Positions 7,794 to 17,073 are shown, counted from the stretch's first letter. The stretch: 37,845 nt of DNA from Chthonomonadaceae bacterium (GCA_035650735.1 DASRGZ010000021.1:1-37845), one strand, 5' to 3'. Notes: generated by a model from the letters alone, not told the origin. Program-made: numbers and translations.

Positions 7794-8887
7794 CGGTTCC
7801 CGCTTCCCCTCCGCCCCTGCGCATCGGCGTCATCGGGTGCGGCGCGCTCGGCCTGGTGCACGCGCAGCGGCTGAGCGCCCTGCCCGAGGTCCACGTCTGC
7901 GCCGTCAGCGACCCGAATCCAGAGGCCATGCGCCGCGTTGCCGAGGCCGTTCCCCCGGAGAAACGCGGCGGGCAGGCCCAGGTGGAGACGTTCGCCGACT
8001 ACCGCGATCTGCTCCGACAGAGCGGGCTCGATGCCATCTCCATTAACTCGCCGAACCGCTTCCACGTCGAGCAGTTGCTCGCCTCGCTGGAACGCGGCCT
8101 GCACGTTCTCTGCGAGAAGCCGCTCTCGATGGTACCGGAGGAGGTGAGCCGGGTCGTGGAGGCGACGCGGGCTTCGGGGCGCGTGGTCGCCATCGCCTAT
8201 CAATCGCGCTACCGACGCGACTCGCGCATCCTGCGCCGCGCCCTGAAATCCGGCCAGTGGGGCCGGGTCACCTCGGTCAGCATATTTGCCTGCGAGGACT
8301 GGGTCACGCCCTGCGTGGGCACCTGGCGACATGACCCAGCGGTCTGTCCGGGCGGCTATTTCGCCGACGCCAACGGCCACCAGCTCGACCTGCTGTTCTG
8401 GCTGACCGGACTGCAAGCCAATTGGGTGCGCGCCACGATGGAGACGCGCGGCACGCCCGTTCCCATCGTTACCTGGGGCGAGGCCCGGCTGATAGACAGC
8501 GAAGCGTGGGAGACGGTGCGGCGCGCGCCGCAAGCGCTGGCGAATGCGCCCTCCGCGCAAGGGGTTCCGTTCAGCTTTATGTTTGTCGGGGACGCCCACC
8601 AGTGGCGGGAGGAGATCAGCATTCAGACCGAGCGCGCCGACTTCGTGATGCGTGATACACGCCTGCTCTGGACGGACGGCAGCGCGCCGCTGGGGCCGTT
8701 CCCGGAATCGGCCCGCGATCCCGAAGACCTCAATCGGCCCGACACGCCGGATGGCGCCTTCATCGCCGCCCTGCGCGGCGGCCCGCCGGTCGTCTCCCCG
8801 CCGGATACTGTCTGGCCGGTGTTGCGCTTTACGCTGGCCGCCCTCGATTCCGCCGCTAACGGAGGCCAGCCCACGTCGACCCGCTAA
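7790..8887 (+). CDS. Gfo/Idh/MocA family oxidoreductase
   Basis: IGVIGCG and HVLCEKP motifs; ATGA overlap with the upstream gene. Confidence 0.9.
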   Translation: MTVPASPPPLRIGVIGCGALGLVHAQRLSALPEVHVCAVSDPNPEAMRRVAEAVPPEKRGGQAQVETFADYRDLLRQSGLDAISINSPNRFHVEQLLASLERGLHVLCEKPLSMVPEEVSRVVEATRASGRVVAIAYQSRYRRDSRILRRALKSGQWGRVTSVSIFACEDWVTPCVGTWRHDPAVCPGGYFADANGHQLDLLFWLTGLQANWVRATMETRGTPVPIVTWGEARLIDSEAWETVRRAPQALANAPSAQGVPFSFMFVGDAHQWREEISIQTERADFVMRDTRLLWTDGSAPLGPFPESARDPEDLNRPDTPDGAFIAALRGGPPVVSPPDTVWPVLRFTLAALDSAANGGQPTSTR

Positions 8888-9007
8888 ACTTCAGACGCAT
8901 TTTTATCGTAGTAAAGACCGGGGAAGTGATCTCCCGGTCTCTTCGCATTCTGGAGAGAAGGTTATCAGTCCCCATGCCCTTTCGGGGCGCCCGCTCGCAT
9001 AGGAATG

Positions 9008-9056
9008 CCTCTCCCCTCTCCCGGCGCTGCGGGAGAGGGGAGAAGGGGGTGAGGGC
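9008..9056. repeat. CCCCTCTCCC/GGGAGAGGGG palindromic repeat
   Basis: ctcccctctcccggcgctgcgggagaggggagaagggggtgagggc between convergent genes. Confidence 0.75.
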
Positions 9057-9634
9057 TATTTCTTTCGGCGGCGCGCCAGGAAGAGACCGCCGCTCATCAT
9101 CCCGCCGACAAGCAGCGCCAGGCTGCCCGGCTCCGGCACAGCGGCGCTCGTGCCATAGGTAACAGGAATGTCAAAGGATTGTTCAAAGCCGACGCCCGAA
9201 GCGTCGGTGCCCGAAATCTTCAGGGTTGCCGTAAAGGCGCTGCCGGGACCGTAAGGCTGCCGTTGCGTATCGTTGATTTCAGCCAGAAACTCGCTGGACG
9301 AGGGATTGGTGTTGTTCGGCGCTGTATCGTAGGAAACGGTCTGGCCGCTGCCTATGGTTACGCCCCCATTCTGGGCATCAAACCGCAGCGGGAATGAGAA
9401 CTGATCATTGGGACTGCTAAAGTCCACCAGAGGAGGCAAGTTCGTCAGGGTTGCGTCTGTGATGGTTATAGCGGTTGGGCCGTTGTTTGTTAGCGAGCCG
9501 GTAATATCAAAGATGCCCCCACCCGCCGGGATTCCCGCACGGACTAGGGTGAAGCCAATGGCAGCATGGGCCTGCAGGGAGGCGGCTCCGAGCAGAGCGA
9601 AAACAGCACCGGTTAGTAACAGTTTGCTTTTCAT
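9056..9634 (-). CDS. PEP-CTERM sorting domain protein
   Basis: AAGGAG RBS before ATG 9634; signal peptide MKSKLLLTGAVFALLGAASLQAHA; C-terminal VPEPGSLALLVGGMMSGGLFLARRRKK. Confidence 0.92.
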   Translation of the reverse strand: MKSKLLLTGAVFALLGAASLQAHAAIGFTLVRAGIPAGGGIFDITGSLTNNGPTAITITDATLTNLPPLVDFSSPNDQFSFPLRFDAQNGGVTIGSGQTVSYDTAPNNTNPSSSEFLAEINDTQRQPYGPGSAFTATLKISGTDASGVGFEQSFDIPVTYGTSAAVPEPGSLALLVGGMMSGGLFLARRRKK

Positions 9635-9723
9635 GAGTCTCTCCTTATACGTGTGGCAGCTACAGCGGATGGAAGTTGGGTGGATGGCAAGCCTGTGATC
9701 ATTGATGGCTGCTAGGATAGTAT

Positions 9724-9739
9724 TGCAAGTTTCATGCCA
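9724..9739 (-). promoter_or_regulatory. Sigma54 (-24/-12) promoter candidate for the PEP-CTERM gene
   Basis: Minus strand TGGCATGAAACTTGCA (GG-N10-GC; one mismatch to TGGCACG-N4-TTGC), about 90 nt upstream of the start codon. Confidence 0.65.
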
Positions 9740-9752
9740 GTAAGGACACGCG

Positions 9753-12530
9753 ATGTCTGAATTCTCTACCCAAACCAGGACGTTTCTCTTTACCGATATT
9801 GAAGGCAGCACCCGGCTCTGGGAGGACTTCCCGGAGGCGATGCGCTCGGCCCTGGCCCGCCATGACGCCCTGCTCCAGGAGGCCATTGAGGAGCACGGGG
9901 GCCATGTCTTCAAGACCGTTGGCGATGCCTTCTACGCCGCCTTCGCCAACCCCGCGAATGCCGTCGCCGCGGCGCTGGCCCTCCAGCAGGCCCTGAGCCG
10001 GGAAGCGTGGGGCGAGACCGGCCCGCTGCGCGTGCGCGCCGCCCTGCACACGGGGGCCGCGCAGCAGCGCAGCAACGACTACTTCGGCCCCACCCTCAAT
10101 CGCGTGGCCCGTCTGCTGGCTATCGGGCACGGCGGGCAGGTGCTGCTCTCGCGGACAACTTATCAACTGGTGCAGGGTACACTGCCTCCGGCGGCCTCGC
10201 TGCAGGATATGGGACAGCACCGCTTGAAGGACCTGGCCGAGCCGGAGCAGGTCTTCCAGCTGCTGCATCCCGATCTGCCCGCCGAGTTCCCCCCTTTGCG
10301 CTCCCTGGGCAACGCCGTTACCAACCTGCCCCAGCAGTTAACGAGCTTTGTGGGGCGGGAGCGGGAACTGGCCGAGATCAAGAGCCTGCTGCCGCGCACG
10401 CGCCTGCTCACGCTGGTCGGCGCGGGCGGCTGCGGCAAAACGCGGCTGGCCATGCAGGTCAGTGCCGATGTCCTGGAGGACTATGCCAACGGCGTCTGGA
10501 TGGTGGAACTGGCCCCGATCTCCGACCCGGCCCTGGTGCCCCAGGCCGTTGCCACGGCGCTGCGCGTGCGTGAAGCGCCCAACAGTACGCTGCTCGAAAC
10601 CCTTTCCGACTATCTGCGCGACAAATCGCTGCTGCTGGTACTGGACAACTGCGAGCATCTGGTGGGGGCGTGCGCGCAGTTGGCGGATACTCTGCTGCGC
10701 CACTGCCCGAACCTGCGCCTGCTCGCCACCAGCCGTGAGCCGCTCAACATCGCCGGCGAGCTGAACGTGCGCGTGCCGCCGTTGGCGCTGCCTGAGTCGG
10801 GCCGCAAGCTATCGCTGGAGAGCCTGCTGACGGCGGAGGCGGCGCGTCTCTTCGTAGAGCGGGCGACATTCAGCCAGCCGGGCTTCAGCCTGACGCGGCA
10901 GAATGCGCCCGCAGTTATCCAGATCTGCCGCCAATTGGACGGCATTCCGCTGGCCCTGGAATTGGCGGCGGCGCGGGTGAAGGCGCTGCCGGTGGAGCAG
11001 ATCGCCAGACGCCTCCAGGATCGCTTTCGCCTGCTGACCGGGGGCAGCCGCACCGCCCTGCCGCACCAACAGACCCTGAGGGCCCTCATAGACTGGAGCT
11101 ATGAGCTGCTGGAGGAGAAGGAGCGCACGCTGCTGCGCCGCCTGTCGGTATTTGCGGGGGGCTGGTCTCTGGCGGCAGCAGAGGCGGTCTGCACGGATGA
11201 GGAGATCGAGGATTGGGAGATTCTAGACACGCTCTCGCGCCTGGTGGACAAGTCGCTGGTGGTGGCCGACGAGCGTGATGGCGAGGCCCGCTATCGCATG
11301 CTGGAGACGATCCGCCAGTATAGCCGGGACAGGCTGCAGGAAACCTCGGAGGCCGAGGAGCTGCGGGCACGCCACCGCGACTACTTCCTGGCGCTGGCCG
11401 AGGAGGCCGGGCCATTCCTGACGGGCGCGGAGCAATCGGAGTGGCTGGCCCGGCTGGAACTGGAGCACGATAACCTGCGGGCGGCCCTCGATTGGTGCCA
11501 GCAGCATAGCGTCGGCACGGGCCTGCGCCTGGCCGGGGCGCTGCACTGGTTCTGGGAGATACGCGGCTATCTGAGCGAGGGGCGGGAGCGCCTGGCGGCG
11601 CTGCTGGCGCATCCGGAGGCGGAAGGCGCTACCCTCGCGCGGGCGGAAGCACTCCACGCTGCGGGCCGGCTGGCCTGGCATCAAAGCGACTACGCCGCCG
11701 CTCGCGCCCTCCACGAGGAGAGCCTGGCGCTCTATCGCGAGTTGGGCGAGAAAGCAGGCATCGCCGATGCGCTGGGCAGCCTGGGAGACGTGGAGTACGC
11801 GCAGGGCAACTATGAGGAGGCCCGCCAACTGCAGGAGGCATGCCTGGCGATTCGTAGTGAAATGCACGACCGGTACGGCATGGCCGATACGCTGCTCAAC
11901 CTGGGCAACATCGCCCTCTGTCAGGACGACTACCCCACGGCGCGAGCGCGCTACGAAGAGAGCCTGGCGCTGGCCCGCAAGCTGGAGAACAAGCGCGCTA
12001 TCGCCTTCTCGCTCATCAATCTGGGCCTGATTGCGCGGGAGCAGCACGATTATGCGGCGGCCCATACCTACTACGAGCAGAGCCTGGTGACTCTGCGCCA
12101 GTTGGAGGATAAAGCGGGCACCGCGACCTCGCTCCACAACCTGGCAGAAGTGGCCGCGCAACTGGGCAAGCACGTGGAGGCGGCTGCGCTCTATCGGGAG
12201 AGCCTGGAGCTCTTCCTGGAGATGGGCAACAAGCGCTGTATCGCCTATGTGCTGGAAGGTCTCTCGGGCCTGGCGCTGGCGCAAGAGCAGCCGGAACAGG
12301 CCGTGCGGCTGTATGCGGCGGCGGCGGCGCTGCGCAAAGCCATTGATGCGCCTCTCCCTCCCGCCACCCAGGAGGAATACGACCATTTCCTGGCCGACGT
12401 GCGCTCTGCGCTCGGCGAGGAGGTCTTTGCATCCGCCTGGACGGAAGGGAGCTTCCTATCGCTGGAGCAGGCCATTGCCTGTGCGCTGCCGCCACAGGAG
12501 GAAGCGAACGACGCCTCTCGCGCCGCATAA
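9753..12530 (+). CDS. Class III nucleotide cyclase - STAND (NB-ARC-like) ATPase - TPR protein
   Basis: FLFTDIEGST, FKTVGDAF and DYFGPTLNRVARL (cyclase); GAGGCGKT, LLVLDNCEH and LDGIPLALELAA (STAND); C-terminal TPR repeats. Confidence 0.92.
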   Translation: MSEFSTQTRTFLFTDIEGSTRLWEDFPEAMRSALARHDALLQEAIEEHGGHVFKTVGDAFYAAFANPANAVAAALALQQALSREAWGETGPLRVRAALHTGAAQQRSNDYFGPTLNRVARLLAIGHGGQVLLSRTTYQLVQGTLPPAASLQDMGQHRLKDLAEPEQVFQLLHPDLPAEFPPLRSLGNAVTNLPQQLTSFVGRERELAEIKSLLPRTRLLTLVGAGGCGKTRLAMQVSADVLEDYANGVWMVELAPISDPALVPQAVATALRVREAPNSTLLETLSDYLRDKSLLLVLDNCEHLVGACAQLADTLLRHCPNLRLLATSREPLNIAGELNVRVPPLALPESGRKLSLESLLTAEAARLFVERATFSQPGFSLTRQNAPAVIQICRQLDGIPLALELAAARVKALPVEQIARRLQDRFRLLTGGSRTALPHQQTLRALIDWSYELLEEKERTLLRRLSVFAGGWSLAAAEAVCTDEEIEDWEILDTLSRLVDKSLVVADERDGEARYRMLETIRQYSRDRLQETSEAEELRARHRDYFLALAEEAGPFLTGAEQSEWLARLELEHDNLRAALDWCQQHSVGTGLRLAGALHWFWEIRGYLSEGRERLAALLAHPEAEGATLARAEALHAAGRLAWHQSDYAAARALHEESLALYRELGEKAGIADALGSLGDVEYAQGNYEEARQLQEACLAIRSEMHDRYGMADTLLNLGNIALCQDDYPTARARYEESLALARKLENKRAIAFSLINLGLIAREQHDYAAAHTYYEQSLVTLRQLEDKAGTATSLHNLAEVAAQLGKHVEAAALYRESLELFLEMGNKRCIAYVLEGLSGLALAQEQPEQAVRLYAAAAALRKAIDAPLPPATQEEYDHFLADVRSALGEEVFASAWTEGSFLSLEQAIACALPPQEEANDASRAA

Positions 12531-12548
12531 GCTCACCCAGAATCCCAC

Positions 12549-12870
12549 CTAACCCCCCGGCTCGGCAGGCTAAACCCTGCCGCTGTGGGGCCTACGGCCT
12601 GCTGCCCACGTAGGTGGGCAGAGATCATGCTGACTGCCAGGGTCGGGCCTGCAATAATTCGGCCCTCCGCCTTGCGACACCTGCGCGGACAGAATACCGA
12701 GGAAGAGAACTTCTCCTCTCCCTTCTCCCTTGGAGGGAGAAGGGCCGGGGATGAGGGGAGAACATGGCTGCTCCGTTCCCCCTCTGCCGCAGCGCCGGGA
12801 GAGGGGGATAGGGGGTGAGGGCTTCGCCTCTCCCCTCTCCTTCTCAAGGAGAGGGGCCGGGGGTGAGGTC
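12549..12870. repeat. Composite palindromic repeat cluster
   Basis: cctaacccccc start; REP-like hairpins at 12563-12620; about 50-nt module at 12632-12680; CCCTTCTCCC/GGGAGAAGGG and CCCCTCTCC/GGAGAGGGG palindromes at 12711-12870, similar to 27965-28050. Confidence 0.8.
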
Positions 12871-12923
12871 TACTCGGGTGAGGGCCATTTTCAAACTACA
12901 ATTTCAGGAAACGGCTCTTTTCC

Positions 12924-12950
12924 TGAAACCGGGACAGCAATCGCCCCGTA
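12924..12950 (+). promoter_or_regulatory. ECF (SigW-like) promoter, probably autoregulatory
   Basis: TGAAAC-N17-CGTA immediately upstream of the ECF sigma gene; the B. subtilis SigW consensus is TGAAAC-N16-CGTA. Confidence 0.6.
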
Positions 12951-12957
12951 GTGTCTC

Positions 12958-13584
12958 GTGAAAGCGCTCGCATTTAAGGGGGAAACGAGGACGATTACGC
13001 TGGTGGAACAAACTGACGCCGAATTAGTCAGGCAGACGCTATGCGGGAACACGGCGGCCTACAATAGCCTCGTCCAACGCTACCAGCGACAGGTCTATAA
13101 TCTTGCGTACCGCATGCTAGGGAACGCGGAGGACGCGGGCGACCTGGTGCAGGAGACCTTTTTGCGCGCCTACGGCGCGCTCGCTTCGTTTCGTCAGGAC
13201 GCCAGCTTCCTGACCTGGCTCTATAAAATCGCCTCCAACCTCTGTATTGACCAGTTACGCTCACGCAAAGCCAAAGGCGCGCTTTCCCTCGATGTGGAAT
13301 TGGAGGAAGGACGGGAGCCCGCCGCCGACACCCGCGTTTGCGGGCCGGAAGCGACGGCGGTGCGCGGCGCCGTGCAGGACGTGGTGCAGCGCGCCATCCT
13401 CAACCTTCCCGAACGCTACCGCCTCGTGGTGGTCATGCGCCATTTGCAGGACATGAGCGTAGACGAGATTGCCCGCGCACTGGATATGCCGACGGGCACG
13501 GTCAAAACACACCTCTTCCGGGCCCGCGAGATGCTCCGTGAGCGTCTCTGCCCGGTATTGGAAATGGAAACGGATGGAAAATAG
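12958..13584 (+). CDS. ECF RNA polymerase sigma factor (RpoE/SigW-like)
   Basis: DAGDLVQETFLRAY, FLTWLYKIASNLCID and EIARALDMPTGTVKTHLFRAR; start uncertain (12958 or 13003). Confidence 0.93.
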   Translation: MKALAFKGETRTITLVEQTDAELVRQTLCGNTAAYNSLVQRYQRQVYNLAYRMLGNAEDAGDLVQETFLRAYGALASFRQDASFLTWLYKIASNLCIDQLRSRKAKGALSLDVELEEGREPAADTRVCGPEATAVRGAVQDVVQRAILNLPERYRLVVVMRHLQDMSVDEIARALDMPTGTVKTHLFRAREMLRERLCPVLEMETDGK

Positions 13585-13585
13585 A

Positions 13586-14488
13586 ATGGAACATACCCCC
13601 CCGGAGGAGAACCAGGGGTGGGGAGCCTACGCGACACCGCCCCCCGTTCCGGGGCAGCAACATACGCCCTATTCCGGCCTGACGCCGGAGATGTCTCTGT
13701 GCGCCCGCGTGCGTGAGCGGCTGCCGGCGCTGCTTGAAAACGACGGAGAAATCCGCCCGGAGCTGGCAGCCCAGATCTACGCGCACCTGGCCGCCTGTCC
13801 CGGCTGCGCGCAGGAGTTCGATCAGCAGCAGCGCCTCGTCGCCATGCTGGAGGCGCTCCCGCCGGTCGAGATGCCGATGGACTTCTCTCGGCTCATCATG
13901 CAGCGCATCCAGGGGAACCAGGCCGTGTCGGATACGGCGCAGGAGAGCCTGACGGCCCGCCCTTTTGCCTCGCCCTCCTCCGCCTCCTCAGAGGGCGCTC
14001 AGACACACGCTGGCTCTGAGGTCGGGCAACAGGCTGAGGCGGTCATCCAGCAGCGGACGCCGGTAAAGGGGACAAAGACTCTGCCGAAGGGGCTGCTGCT
14101 GGAGCAGAAGGTTACGCGGACGAAGGAGCTTGTTTCGCTGACCAGCACGCGCCTCCTGGAACGGCTGACGCTGGCCAGCCTGCTCTCGGCGCTCATCGCC
14201 TTCTTCCTGATGAGCGGCTGGGGCCGCCAGATGTTCGGCGCCAACGTAGACGGCGTGGCCTCCTGGCTGGCCCAGATCGGAGACGTGCTGCGGCGCATCC
14301 CGCTGCTGGGCGCGCTGTTTGCGGCCATCCTGCTAGGATTATCGCAGGTCGCCGAGATGATACGCGAAACCTACCGCTCTCTGGGCGCGACGGCGGCCAA
14401 CGGCCTGGCGCTGGATGTCGCCCTCTGCGCCGCCGCTTACTATTTTCTTGCCCTGCGCCGGCAGCGCGGCCAGAGGCTCGGTGTATAG
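13586..14488 (+). CDS. Zinc-binding anti-sigma factor (zf-HC2/ZAS) with C-terminal membrane segments
   Basis: CARVRERLPALLENDGE..HLAACPGC (HxxxCxxC) and hydrophobic C-terminal helices; directly after the sigma gene; start 13574 or 13586. Confidence 0.85.
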   Translation: MEHTPPEENQGWGAYATPPPVPGQQHTPYSGLTPEMSLCARVRERLPALLENDGEIRPELAAQIYAHLAACPGCAQEFDQQQRLVAMLEALPPVEMPMDFSRLIMQRIQGNQAVSDTAQESLTARPFASPSSASSEGAQTHAGSEVGQQAEAVIQQRTPVKGTKTLPKGLLLEQKVTRTKELVSLTSTRLLERLTLASLLSALIAFFLMSGWGRQMFGANVDGVASWLAQIGDVLRRIPLLGALFAAILLGLSQVAEMIRETYRSLGATAANGLALDVALCAAAYYFLALRRQRGQRLGV

Positions 14489-14500
14489 GAGGGCAGAACG

Positions 14501-15496
14501 ATGCAGCGAATACTCCTTGCCCTCGTGGCATTACTCTCGCTTCTGACCGTCAATGTCCGCCCCGCGCGAGCGCAGGGTAACGAGACGCAGACAGCGGAGC
14601 CGACAGCGCCCGCCGCGCCGGGAGCGCCCGCGCCGCCAGCAGGCGGAGCACTGACCGTAGAAGCGGGCTCCACAGTGGATCACATCACCGTGCGCAACCG
14701 TCCGCTCGTTGTTGAAGGGCACGTCACCCACGACGTCTATGCCGAGAACAGCGACGTTACGATCCGACCGGGCGCGCGGATAGATGGGCATGTGGTCGTC
14801 CAGGGCGGCAGCGTGAGTATTGCACCCGGCCTGCTGGCAAACGAAACGCCGACAGAAACGCGCCCTGCCCCGCCCCTGCCGTCTGGGCCGGCGGCCTGGC
14901 ATCATCACGCGCAGCAAGGCCACGACGACTGGTTTGGCGGGCAGTTCCGGCTGCTGCTGCTGGGTCTGATCAGCGGTCTGGTGGTCATGCTCATCGCGCC
15001 GCGCGCCGCGCAGCAGGTAGCCAGCGCGATATCCGAGGAGCCTGCCCGCTGCCTGGTCGTCGGGGGCATCGGCGCCGCCCTGCTGCTCGTCGTGGTGACC
15101 CTGGACTGCGCCCTGATGCACTCCGTGCTCAAACTGGTCTGGGCGCCATTCGGCGCGCTCATTTTGCTGGCTCCCGTGCCCATCCTGCTCTTCGCCTGGG
15201 TGTGTGGGATGCGCTTTGCCGGCGATCTGGTGGCGCGTCGGCTGCTAGGTCGCGCCGAAAATAGCGGCAAGATGTATTCGCGTATCGCGTTGGGACTGAT
15301 CGCGTTCTTCCTCGCCTGCGCTCTGCTCGGCTCCATCCTCCCCGCCCTGGGCAGGATCGCCTTGCTGGTCGAGTGCCTGATCATGCTGATGGGCCTGGGC
15401 GCGATGATCGTCACCGGCTGGGGCTCTGATCCCAACTGGCTCTCCCGACGTCTGCGCGGCGAGGCCCGCTGGTTCTCCTGGGGCCGCAAGCGATAG
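14501..15496 (+). CDS. Membrane protein with N-terminal exported beta-solenoid (bactofilin-like) region and about 5 TM helices
   Basis: GGAGG RBS; signal peptide; VEGHVTHDVYAENSDVTIRPGARIDGHVVVQGGSV repeats; multi-TM C-terminus; third gene of the ECF operon. Confidence 0.7.
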   Translation: MQRILLALVALLSLLTVNVRPARAQGNETQTAEPTAPAAPGAPAPPAGGALTVEAGSTVDHITVRNRPLVVEGHVTHDVYAENSDVTIRPGARIDGHVVVQGGSVSIAPGLLANETPTETRPAPPLPSGPAAWHHHAQQGHDDWFGGQFRLLLLGLISGLVVMLIAPRAAQQVASAISEEPARCLVVGGIGAALLLVVVTLDCALMHSVLKLVWAPFGALILLAPVPILLFAWVCGMRFAGDLVARRLLGRAENSGKMYSRIALGLIAFFLACALLGSILPALGRIALLVECLIMLMGLGAMIVTGWGSDPNWLSRRLRGEARWFSWGRKR

Positions 15497-15628
15497 CGAG
15501 GGGGAACGGCCCTCACCCCCTTCCCTCGTAGGGTCGCAAGGCGGAGGCGCGAACCATTGCAGCGCCGACCCGAGCAGGGGCCCAACCATGGCAGGCGCGA
15601 CCCTGGCAGTGGGGACTGGGGGGCTAGG
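15497..15628. repeat. Composite palindromic repeat with inserted module of about 50 nt
   Basis: ccctcacccccttccc...gtcgcaaggcggaggcgcgaaccattgcagcgccgaccc...cgaccctggcagtggggactgggggctagg. Confidence 0.7.
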
Positions 15629-15648
15629 TCAAACATGCGGGCCGCTGT

Positions 15649-17073
15649 TTACCAGCCGTAGCGTTCCGGCCCCCAATCGCGCTCCACCGTCTCCTGCTTC
15701 AACAGAATCAACTTGCGGCTGGGCACGTCCGCATAGAGGACGATGCCCGGCCCCACGCAGCTATAAGCGCCGATCTTGATGCCGGGCTGGGTAATGACAT
15801 TGACGCCCGTGCGCGAGTAGTCACCGAAATAGGTGGCGTTGGCTCCGAGGCGCGGAAACTCCCGCCGCCCGCCTATCCGATGGATGGTAGCGGCATCGTC
15901 GAAGCGCAGGGTGCCGCAAACCGTCGCCGCGCCGATGTCCACCGCCTCGCCAAGCACGCCGTAGATCTCCGAGTAGTGGTAGATGTAGGAACGATCCAGC
16001 ATCACGCCATGAAACTCCGCCCCGTGCCCAACCACGCACTCCTTCCCGATCACGGACCCGCCGCCGACCAGGCAATAATCGCTGACTCGGGTACGCTCAC
16101 CGACCATCACGCCCTTGCCGACAATGGCGCCGTTGGTGACTCGCGCCCCGTCGCCTAGCCACGCCGGACCTTCCAGCACGACCCGCTTGCCGACCGTCGC
16201 CCCCGGCCCGACACAGATCGGCCCCTGAATCTCCGCGCCGTCGGAAATGTCGGCGGTCGGGTCTACCGCGCTGCCGGACTCGGCCAGAGAGGCTGCTTTC
16301 TCGCGCAGAACCGCCTCCGTCGCCTCCAGGATATGCCAGGGCTTGTCCATATCCACGCAAGGGTGCCGGGCCTCCACCGCCGCCACATCCCGCCCCTCCT
16401 CGGCCAGCATCGCTATCGTCTCCGCCAGTTCCGCCTCCAGAGGCGGCATCCCGCCAACCGGTACATGCCGCAGGCGTCCCGGATGCGCGCGCAGCAGCGG
16501 CCAGGCTGCCGGGCCGAGCGCATAGGCCCCCGCCAGGCGGTGGGTGGCATCCCGCCCATGCCCTTCCACGCTCCCAAGCGTTTTGCTATCGACCGCTCTT
16601 CCGGCGCGCAGCGTCGCCCCAATCCAGTCCTGAGGCCGTTCGCCGTCCAGTGGCGCGCAGAGGGCCGCCGCATCGGCGCCTTGCTTCGCCACCCGTTCCC
16701 ACGCCGCCCGCAAATCCTCCGTGGCGACGACGCAATCGCCATAGAGGACGAGGGCGTGAATCTCGCCAAATTCCACTCCGCTGATCTCCAATGCGGCAAG
16801 CGTTGCGCTCGCCGTTCCGGGCGTTCCTGAAGCGGGCTGACGCACAAACGTCAGTCCCTCCTCGCCCAGCGGTCGCAGCGCCGCCCGTATCGAGCCTTCC
16901 TGCGCGCCCACAACCACGAGGATACGCGCCAGGCCGAGCGCGCGCAACTGCCGCACCGCGCGCCCTACCAGGGGCTCATTGGCTATCGGGAAAGCGCATT
17001 TGTTCCGGATCTCGCTGTAGGGCCAGAATTTCCGGCCCGCACCCGCTGCCAGCACAATGCCGAGCGCAGTCAA
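15649..17073 (-). CDS. GlmU-like sugar-1-phosphate nucleotidyltransferase with hexapeptide (LbH) acyltransferase domain
   Basis: VLAAGAG..K, VLYGD and DMDKPWHILEA followed by hexapeptide repeats; TTG start with GGAGGA RBS. Confidence 0.8.
   Translation of the reverse strand: MTALGIVLAAGAGRKFWPYSEIRNKCAFPIANEPLVGRAVRQLRALGLARILVVVGAQEGSIRAALRPLGEEGLTFVRQPASGTPGTASATLAALEISGVEFGEIHALVLYGDCVVATEDLRAAWERVAKQGADAAALCAPLDGERPQDWIGATLRAGRAVDSKTLGSVEGHGRDATHRLAGAYALGPAAWPLLRAHPGRLRHVPVGGMPPLEAELAETIAMLAEEGRDVAAVEARHPCVDMDKPWHILEATEAVLREKAASLAESGSAVDPTADISDGAEIQGPICVGPGATVGKRVVLEGPAWLGDGARVTNGAIVGKGVMVGERTRVSDYCLVGGGSVIGKECVVGHGAEFHGVMLDRSYIYHYSEIYGVLGEAVDIGAATVCGTLRFDDAATIHRIGGRREFPRLGANATYFGDYSRTGVNVITQPGIKIGAYSCVGPGIVLYADVPSRKLILLKQETVERDWGPERYGW

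Noticed and set aside
4679..8887. Monooxygenase, amidohydrolase and oxidoreductase as a thiamine salvage operon under the riboswitch
   Set aside because: None resembles ThiO, TenA, ThiD, ThiM or ThiE, and a repeat hairpin plus a 151-bp gap separate them from the pilin-like gene; co-regulation is unsupported.
9635..9913. Upstream extension of the PEP-CTERM ORF
   Set aside because: Overlaps the divergent cyclase gene; RBS and signal peptide support ATG 9634.
12533..12951. Short ORFs with PSPPxPL/GEG-like peptides (also 1197-1382, 27637-28323, 32133-32462)
   Set aside because: They are translations of the palindromic repeat family, not credible genes.
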